From Takakia lepidozioides (Eukaryota; Plantae; Bryophyta), in contig CM060732.1 in assembly GCA_030704615.1 (NCBI GenBank), forward strand, positions 21,948,001-22,012,000: a stretch of 64,000 nucleotides of DNA. The letters run 5' to 3'. The notes beneath the pieces were generated by a model. The model saw only the letters and a list, made by a program, of their open reading frames with translations. It was not told the DNA's origin and ran no database searches. Every line of letters starts with the position of its first letter. Positions within the stretch are counted from its first letter, which is position 1. This document shows, piece after piece, positions 54,806 through 64,000 of the stretch. Both the position numbers and the translations under genes were made by a program.

Positions 54806-56215
54806 GATGGGTCCGCTGATGTGGGCAATCCTCCACGTGACCCATATGAATTTAATGACAATGATGCTGCAATGCATCCATCCTTCGATGACCTTGTTGT
54901 TGATGAACTGCGACATGGTGTCATCCCAATTGCGGACCCCCTCCCCCCACTGGAGCACACTCTCAACAATGAAGTTGAGGTCAACTCTCCCTCACCACGA
55001 GTTCCACGGACTGCGGGAGATGTGCAGGTCGAATCGTCGGATGATGAAAACCGGTCGTTGTCATTCCTTCACCGGCATCGTGCTCCTGTGAACCATGCTT
55101 CATCTCACGCCGCTCCATCTCATGTTTCTCTTTCTCAAGCCGGTCCATCCCATGCTGGTCCATCTAGTCTCTCTCCCCCTTATGTAAGTAGGGGGACGAT
55201 TGGTTCACCCTTTGAACCATTTTAGATTGATGTCATACTTCTCAAAGACGTGTAAGAGGGCATGTAGAAGACACTTGCAAAGTTTCGGAGCAATAAAATA
55301 TCATTTCATTGGGGAAATTTCCGTTCACCCTTTCATTCAATTTTGAATTGAACTGGATTTTTACTAAATAAAATGATTTAGAGGGCATAGGATTGTGGGG
55401 CGCAATGATTTTGTTTTTGGCTTGATTTTGTTCTGTGAGTTGAACCCTCACACCACCACATCCTTGCCAAAAAATGTACCAAAGAAAAATGTTTGAAAAA
55501 AAACGTTCATCCTTTGCTCTATGCTCATTATTGCAGAACTCTCTATGAAGAGTGCATGAAGTTAAAGATAACTTCACCTTGGAGTGCAAATGAGGGAATA
55601 AAATGTGTTTTGGATGTAGACGATGTCTGTTCATGGAAATATTTTGCATGCAGCTCTTCATGTTGTTATCAAGCATATGGCTTCAGAATAGAATTAAAAA
55701 CAATTCATGTGCAGGCGAAATGTTGTTTCTCCTTATGAATTTGAATAACCCATTTAAACAACTTTGTTGAAGTTCAACTTTGGTTCATATGTGCTTAAGT
55801 ACGTACAAATCACGTACACAAAATTGCAAGCGAAGAAATAATCATTTGCCCCCCGAACGACTCGTTAAACCTTTCAATCAATTTTCAATCATGAATCATT
55901 TAATAGGAGAACTATTGGTTCACCCTTAGAACCATTTTAGATTGACCTCATACTTGTCCGGTAACTTAAAGAGGGCATGTACAAGACACTCCCAAAGTTT
56001 CAAATCAATCTAAAATCATTTGGCAAGGGAACGATTGGTTCACCCATTGACCCGATGTACACTGTCACTATTCAAAATTCGTGGGTGTGGTGCTTGATTA
56101 TCCCATATGATGGACCCAAGTGCCATGGCCAAGTAACAAACCATTAAAACATTATGGTACGAGACAAACACAATTGAAAACAACATTTATTCAAACATGA
56201 TGTATTGTCAGAGGT

Positions 56216-57370
56216 CTACAAGTTTCTATCCATCCTCCAACAATTTTTGGGCTCAGGCCAATTGAATAGCCCCGTCATGAAACGCTTCACAACATTTTCT
56301 AGTTTGTACCGCAACTCTACTGTATCTACACATCTTGTTACATTTTCCACGAGGGTCTGAAGATGTGTACATCGGTGATTATCGACGTTGAGCATGATGT
56401 GCAAAAGTGCCCATGTCAATTGAGTGCGATTCTGTCGGAATCAAACCAATCGGTTGACCTCTTGCATTTCTTGCTCCGTCCCCCGTCGTTCCATTAACTC
56501 CCTGTTATCTCGATCATTCCCCCATTTCCTGTCAATACTCAACCATGATCGTATGGTCCCCCCATTCCACCAATGTGTGTAACCTTCATTTCGACGTGGA
56601 TGCAACGTAAAATACTTTATGATGCCGAAATGATGGAACTTTACAGCCAACGCCTCATTGTTATGTTGGACTTTGGCAAGCTTAGCATTTGTTTCCCTGG
56701 GCGTTTTCTTTGCTAGCTCCTAAGATGGAGGAATGAATTGATCCCCAACAATTCTAACCCTCCGAATTGTACCATACCCTCCTTGTTTGGGCGCGTCGAG
56801 TTGTTGTACTTGTGCGTTTGTGGATATGTATCTCACCTTCAATGCCGCATCCGCGGACGAGGACCCTGCCTTCCATGGGAGTGGTTTCGTACGTCGTTTG
56901 GCATGGGCCTTTGCTATGTCAGACCACCAATCCACAAGCACAAACAACTCCTCCTCCGAAGTTGGCATGTGACCTTCAGCTACATGTGTTCTCGTAACAA
57001 ACTTGTCCATGGTTTGCCTCAGATTCCATGTGGCATCATGGGCCCGGTCCTCCATCCATTTCGTGAACTGGAACTTCGCCCTGTCCTCCTTCCATTCATC
57101 CCCGGCCAAGCCTCCCTCATTCTCATCTCCATATTGTGCTGGAATCTAAGGAACCCCTCATTTCCATGTCGGACATACAAAATATTCAAACGCATTATGT
57201 CATTGTCCTTCAAATAATCCAGCACTACTTGCTTTACCACCTTCGCGGCCTCTGTGCTTGGATAGTTTTTTTTGTTGACCTGACTATCCCGTTCATGTGC
57301 ATGTTTGCGCTTGCTACCTTTACGCCCACTTCCCGAAAGAACCCCCTGACACTGCGTTCGAAGCAATGTT
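56216..57370 (-). pseudogene. hAT cargo ORF with a protein-kinase-like N-lobe
   Basis: QGGYGTIRRVRI...*ELARKTP...NEALAVKFHHFGIIKYF...YTHWWNGGTI...LTWALLHIM. No catalytic loop is visible. Confidence 0.55.
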
Positions 57371-57744
57371 TCCGGACATGATGAAAGTACTCTGCGGAAT
57401 AGACGTGGCTTCGTAACGGAAAACTAAACCCAGACTATTGATAACCTTATATACTAGCAGACCAATTTCCTCACCCTCTATTGGTATAGTACCCAAAGCA
57501 AACCCTCCCACAGTCCTGGGAAAAAAAGGCAAAAACTCCTCCCCTACACAAATCCACTTTCTCCCCCCCCCCCCACGCTCAGTCATGGCCACCGAAGTTC
57601 AAACTCCAAGAAGCCCCAGAACCGCACTCACAGAGAGGGAAAAAAGTGGGTTGGGAATGAGGGGTAGGCCCTTCTACACTGCCTAGAGAGGCCTGGCGCG
57701 CGACCGCCTCTGCTGCCCATTCACGCCTCGCCACGTGTCCAAGG

Positions 57745-58232
57745 AGCGGTCGCATCTATGGGTGGTCGCAACTACTAACAAAACAAAAAAAATGTTGCGA
57801 CCCCCCCCTGCTGGTGGTCGCACCTTTTTAAAAACAAAACGAAAATGTGCCACCCCCCATAAGCGATCGCACCTAATAACAAAAAAGAAAAAGTGTGCAA
57901 CCACCACTGGCTGGTGGTCGCACCCATTTTAAAAATAATTAAAAATGTGTGACCATCCCCTGCTGGTGGTCGCACCTATTTTAAAAAAATAAAAAAATTG
58001 CAACCACCACTTGCTAGTGGTCCCACCCAATTTTTATTTATTTTTAAATGTGCGACCACCTTCTGCTTGTGGTCGCACCTATTAAAAAAAAATGAAAATG
58101 CTGCGACCACCACCTGCTGGTGGTCGCATCCATTTAAAAAATAAGAAAAAATGTTCGACCACCCCCTTCTGGTGGTCGCACCTATTTTTATTATTTTTTA
58201 AATTGTCCGACCAACCTTTGCTGACGGTCGCA
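57745..58232. repeat. Right subterminal array: ~10 palindromic units, inverted relative to the left array
   Basis: Directly visible, with A-tract spacers. Confidence 0.9.
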
Positions 58233-58473
58233 TGATTGACAATATAAATCATAATATATGAATTTTACAGATAAATAATGAAGTCCACGTAATGAGGCCA
58301 CATCGGTTGCCACGTCGGTTCTCATAGTAAATAATCAATAGTAAAGTAAAAAAAATAAACATATTTATTTACAGTAACGTCGGTTTAGGACGTGACGTGA
58401 CGCACGTCCGTCGCTGACGTCGGACGTCACGCTGACACGTCAACGCCACGTCACGTCCAAATTTGCAACTGGG

Positions 58474-60750
58474 CGTAAACATGCGCATAAGATCCGACAT
58501 AATATAGGTATTATTCTGTTTCAGTTTCTTCGAGAGATAACTAAAGTATGCATCAATGTCCTCGTGCGTATGACCTACCATCAAGAATCCAAGCTGGATC
58601 TCTTAAAAAACCCCTCTCGATGTCAAAAACAACAAAAATGCCAACATCCATCGATTTTTGTTGTCATTTACGCAGTTGTCCATTTGTAGATAGAGTCGAC
58701 GTGGTAGTGGCTTTCGTCCATGTGGTGGTGGCTTTGGTCCATCTTGCCCTTCAACAGTAAAGGGCTTGAGAGCTCTTTCACACCTCGATTTTCCCCTCAT
58801 GAGGGTTTCAAAAAAAAAGTTTTGCATCGGTGAATCGAAAAAATTTCCTGTTTCACGGCAAAATGCTTTCTCAAGTTGTCGAAGACAACGAGCCAACGAG
58901 CCAATCGTAAAGTTGGGATCATTCGACCAGAATTCGTTGGAGAACTAAGCATAGGCACCATCACCATGTCCGTGGGTCACCATGCCTGTCAGTGATATCG
59001 GCAGCTGCCCTAGACCAGATATCATCTTGTTTGTTACCTGTAACCTTGGCAAAGCAGTCTTTGAATGGTCCATCTTATCGTGAATAATATAGAGAAATTC
59101 CGACCCCATCATCGTTGACTCATTCCTCCAATTGTGATAGAGCCTTCGATATGACTCTTGATGCTTCAGGTGTCTCTCCAGTTTTTTCTTATGTTTTTTT
59201 TGTTCCTCAGTTCAGTTGACTGATTTGTGGATTAAGTCTTTAAAGATCTCACAATCCGCGCACTTCGCAAACTTACCACCTGCCTTCCAAATCTTCACGT
59301 TCGCAAAGATCTTTGTTTTAATCTAGCTAATGGAGAACTTCGACGACGACTTAAGACCTAGAAGTCTGTTCGCCTGAAACAACAACAAACTGGACATAAA
59401 TCAAAAGAAAACGTGTCCATTACAAGACATGATGCCATTAATGAGGATGGGAGGTCTCCTGTCCTCTTTGGTTCAACAAAATGGAGGTGTAGACCCAGAC
59501 TTTTGTCACAATACATCTAGCACAACGAAATATCAAACAACAATGTAACATCAGAAATTAATGTACCTCATTCGATTGTTTATTCACTTCCTTCCAATTC
59601 ATATCAACGGGTAGGACCTTCAGAACATCTTGTCATCCTTCTCTAATACCTTTCATCTTATGAGGCAAAAGGTCGCTATTCCTTGAGACCATCGATAGTA
59701 CATTTGCCTCTACCTGTACAATTTGTGGTCTTGGCTTCTTCATTCCCCTGTTTCCATGCATGGAGGAGATGTACCCCTCTTTGCTCTTTCTTTTGTATCC
59801 CAAATATGTCGATCTTCCGATGCCGTGAATTGTCCACCGGGCCTTCTCACAAACGTCCACACCTTCAATTGTGATGTAGGCCTTGCACCCATAACCATCA
59901 CCACTATGTAACCTTCTCGGGATGTCATATCCCAACTCTCTCTTCGAGTCAAAGGATGATGCCCAGAACTGACTACGGATCAACTTTGTTTTTTCCCAGC
60001 TGAAATGTTGGCAACAATTCATCGAACAACAACTCATAGAGCTTATAGATTGATTGATTCCAAACTCAAGAGACTGTCAATCTTTCTTCTTTTTTCTGTC
60101 AGCTTCCATTGCCTTTCGAACTCTTTTCAAACACCTATACGGTCCCTTCTTGACACCTTCCAAATGCTCATCCTCCGGGTCAGACTCGTGAAGCGCATAA
60201 TAAGTAATGAGCAGCTTAGATAGTCGACGGCCGTCCATAAGAGTGGTATGAGTGAGAGGCCACTTCTTTATTGACATTAGCATTCCATCCACACATCCAG
60301 CAACTGCAGTCACTATCACACCAACATGATCCTCTCCAAGACTCTCACCGAGAATAGTCTCCTCAAGATAGCAGGCCTCAATCCTGCCCTCGGCAATGAC
60401 GTCCTTCTCATCATTAAGAAGCCTGCATATGCGATGACACCAAGCATCTCGTCCGAGTATTTCGGATTCGGTTCTTACATCATCTGCACGTTCAGTATCA
60501 TCTGCATCCTCCATGTTACTCGTATTCGTCCCTCTATTGGACCTCACCTCTTCATCTTGTGGGTGCACTAGTCTTCGAATATGTCCTATACTCCAGACAA
60601 CGAGGTTGCCCAAAGCCTCCCCAATCATATCAGCATCTGGATGTGAGAAAGACAATCTAACTGTCTCGTGTCCAAGTAAGACGGTCTTCACAACGACACT
60701 CACCAGACTGGTCGAGAGACGCCTGCCATGGCAGAATCCCTCTCCTGATA
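58474..60750 (-). mobile_element. N-terminal and catalytic part of a Sola1-like transposase pseudogene
   Basis: LYLQMDNCVNDNKN...GVF...FLMVGHTHEDIDAYFS, Cys-rich FAKCADC and IIHDKMDHSKT. Upstream CRLL...VIAEGRI...LGEDHVGV resembles a Tnp1/EnSpm-like domain. Confidence 0.7.
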
Positions 60751-62992
60751 CATGTCGTGCGGATATATATCGCTACACAACTACATCGCTGTCCAAAACC
60801 ACACAACACATGTGCACACCACACACTAGTATACCACTAGTCCAGCCACTAGTCTAACCACTAGGCTACCACTAATCAGTCACTAGGCTGCCACTATGCT
60901 ACCCATTATGGCAGTCACTAGTCCACCACAATTGAAGCCGAAGCATAAACTCATGCATATATAACCTCATCACTCAAATACAAGTCAAGCCAAGTGCACC
61001 CCACGCCATGGGGAATCCACACTACGGCGCCATAGCTAGGCGCGGTGAGGCTCAACTCGAGAAAGATGAGCCTTCCGCGCTTGCCGTGAAGATAACCACT
61101 CCAGGGTCTAAATCTGCCTTGACCCTTGGATTGACACTTGGGCCAATCCCAAATGTCAATATGTAAAAGCTAGCTATTTTCTAGCTAGTTTCACACTAGT
61201 GGTGAAATAACTTGACATACATTTAAGCAGTAGCCTCAGCCACTAACCGCGGTACTCCAGAGCCAAGGCTGTGCTCGAGACTCACAGCGCCACCAACAGA
61301 GAGTTCTGAGATGGAAGTCACGATCTGGACCACGGGAGACCTCCCATGCAACCAGGTTACTAATTCCCGAACAAATTAAGTCTAGGGTAGCACCGGATTC
61401 ATCGACTGATGAAGACACACTCGAATTGTGGAGATGAAAAGATGAAGATCGAGGTAAAAGATCAAGTGGTATGGGACCTAGTTCTCAAGAATCACGGTCT
61501 TATCAATTTCGGGGAGATCTTGACGACGGGAGCTCTCCCGTCCTATCTAGACTCTATATAGAAGCTACCTAGTAGGTACCTACATACCTAGTAACCTCTC
61601 AAGTACTTTACGAGCAGGGGAGGTCTCCTTTCTCTCGACAGTGCTTGAACAGAAACGATATCTCCTGGATCGTCTAAATATTCTTACCTCTCCCCTCTCA
61701 TGACTTATGAACTAATGTAATAAATCAGATGAATTGAGCATGACTCTCAATTGATGCAGATAAGAGAGAGGCTGAGCAGACAGAAGTCCCCAACAGGGAC
61801 TATTTTTAACACTCCTATCTTCTATGCTCATGACACAGCTACAGGAACACAATTGAAGATGTAAGAAGCTAAAAAGAAGAAACAAGGAGAAAGATCCAGA
61901 AGACCCAGCAGCAAAAAACAAAAGAAAACCATCTCAACTTAGTTCAGGAGGTTTTGAGGAGATATGTTCCCTATCTTTCTACTCCAAATCCTATCACTCC
62001 CCAGAGCGGCAGGGCTTCGCCAAGAGGAGAGAGAATGAGGGAGAATGCATTGGATTTTATAGTTGTGGATTCGGATTGTGAGGACATGTGTGGAGAATCA
62101 TACATCCGGACGCGCGGATGGACATAATCATTAGATGAGCAATCGGATTAGCATGCGAACGTGCTGCTCATCCAATGATTAGCCCTAAATGATAGGCACA
62201 GGGGGTCTCCCGTACTCGTATACTAGCGCGCTGCTCATCCAATGATTACCCCTACGTGCTAGGCACGGGGGGCCTCCTGTACTCCAGAAAGCCGAGGCGT
62301 GCCCTGACATCTCACCGCCGTCTAGCGTGGCGAATTGATGGGCCCGCCCTGGCGAGCTTTGCGCCCTCTCGCACCCATCATAAATCTTGCGCGAAAGATC
62401 TCGCGCGTTTTCGTGATCGGGCACGTGCCCGGAGACATCTGGCATGTGGCGCAGGTGGGGTAGGATCAGTAACGTGGCACGGACGGGCGGATCAGGGCGG
62501 AGGGAGATCGGATCTGACGGGCGGATCAAACCTAGCTGGCTGGACGGACGCCCACGGACTATCATCAACTGCCACGAGCCACCTCGAACTTTTATTGATG
62601 CGGGGTGTGGCGACATCTGATCATCATGGCCAAGGGGCCATGCATGCATGGAATGGGTATCGCATGGGCTGGCGGACAAGGTATAAAAGGGCCCCATTTC
62701 TCTTGTTGCGCCTCACTTCATTCCGAACTCCACGGTGAAGCCCTGCTGAAAATTCCCCAGAGCTGAGAGCGGAGAGCGGAGACCGAGGGCTGAGTGGTGA
62801 GGGAGGCTGAGTGGTCAGGGCTGAGTGATCAGGGCTGATTGCAGAGGAGGGCAGAGCGCCGAAGTCTGATTTATGTAGGGCTGATTGCAGAGGGCAGAGA
62901 AGGCTGAGAGCAGAGGCTAAGGGCTGATTGTAAGGAGGCTTGGAGGGCTAAGGAGCTCTGAGGAGGAGGCGTAATCACAGAGCGACTGTCCA

Positions 62993-64000
62993 AATGGCTT
63001 CAAGCTCAAGGTAATTTCGTAACCCTCATGCTCATTTTTTGTCACAATCTGCATCTTCAATTCGTGTAGGAAAACGCTCTCACGCTTCTGCAATCGCGTA
63101 AAAACAATTGAAGGGTAGAGAGGTCATGAATTATATTATCTATTTGGTGATTTTTTTTAATTATTTATTTGTATAAAGGGCAAGAAAGTGAAGAAGCACG
63201 GGAGGCCTCCCGTGCTACTCATCGACGAAACTTGTCGGACATATAAGATGTGAGGATGTCTGCTAGCTCATCATCTAAAACATTTTGCATCTTTTGAGTT
63301 CGGGGATTCTGTTTTGCATCACGAGATCTTTTCCAAATCAAGAGAGTTTGTATTTTTCCAGATGAAGGGTAGTAGAAAGGTGAAGAAGCACGGGAGGCCT
63401 CCCGTGCTCTTCACCAAGAACAAGTTTGGGAAAATCTTCAGTTGCTCGATCCTAGTCTAGGTGAAAATGGTGTCTTTCTAAAATGGGGGAAGTGGCTGGA
63501 ACGTGAGACTTTTTCCGGATTAGACTGATCGAGGTTAAACTTTCTACTCATGCTCAGTCTAGGATCCTCCGATGAGAACGGGGATGTGGTTAACTCCACA
63601 ATTTTCTTTTCTCTCGGCACCACTCCAGGCACCCCAGAAGTGTCAGAAGAGTCTCTAGGATACGCACCAGAGTCGCCATACAAATCGATCTCACCACGAT
63701 ACGTACCCGGGTCACCGGCTTGTGTAGAATCCACTCCTTTCTCTCGTGGGTGCATACCGGAGTCCCCATAATATTGTTGGGGCTATCCTGCGCATGGATC
63801 ACCTAAATACACACCAGGATCCCCTTCGTACTCACCACAATCCCCTACATACGTTCCTGGATCACCTAGCTACTCACCCCAATACCACAATTATGTCCCC
63901 GGATCACCTGGGTACTCGTCGGCCTCCCCAAGATACATCCCCAGTTCCCCGGTGTATACACCTGGTGAGAATGATGATCAGGATGACATATCGCAAATTT
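62993..64000 (+). pseudogene. Probable spliced ORF with Pol II CTD-like heptads; runs off the window
   Basis: TATAAAAG at ~62682, ATGGCTTCAAGCTCAAG|GT at 62993, heptads at 63808-63966, and an in-frame TAA at 63769. Confidence 0.45.

Larger units (their letters stand above)
51221..58473 (+). mobile_element. hAT DNA transposon (7253 bp) nested in the Sola1-like transposase
   Basis: Ends CAGGGTTGCA / TGCAACTGGG. 8-bp TSD TGTAAACA / CGTAAACA. ACGTC-rich termini and mirrored subterminal arrays. Confidence 0.88.

Noticed and set aside
63800-63970. NRPB1 (Pol II largest subunit) gene
   Set aside because: No polymerase domains lie upstream, and the heptads are few, degenerate and within TE sequence.

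Overview
Plant nuclear DNA with spliceosomal GT-AG introns and many transposons. The gene and TE content suggests a non-seed plant (bryophyte, lycophyte or fern-like), but the species cannot be named from sequence. Host genes: three paralogous PLS-class PPR genes (one with an intact E/DYW deaminase, one truncated, one pseudogene with a field of debris), an intronless rhomboid protease, a 5-exon TAA/TAR tryptophan aminotransferase with an EGF domain, and a frameshifted B3-domain gene. TEs: LINEs, a full Copia with LTRs and TSD, two tRNA-derived SINE families, MITEs, a TTAA-flanked piggyBac-like element, and a 7.25-kb hAT nested in a Sola1-like element. Main observation: splicing the short upstream exons, which the ORF track misses, shows that all three PPR genes carry N-terminal PDF motifs or remnants (e.g. 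LWQEFFSDPTQWWDNRFDK|KGPKSPDFRHKCTKEVLW). This is the ssDNA-binding module of organellar OSB proteins, so the family architecture is putative targeting peptide - PDF(1-2) - PLS PPR array - DYW deaminase. Other notable items are a kinase-like cargo gene in the hAT, Pol II CTD-like heptads in a TE-associated ORF, and a degenerate SSB-like OB-fold ORF. All calls were made by eye without database searches.
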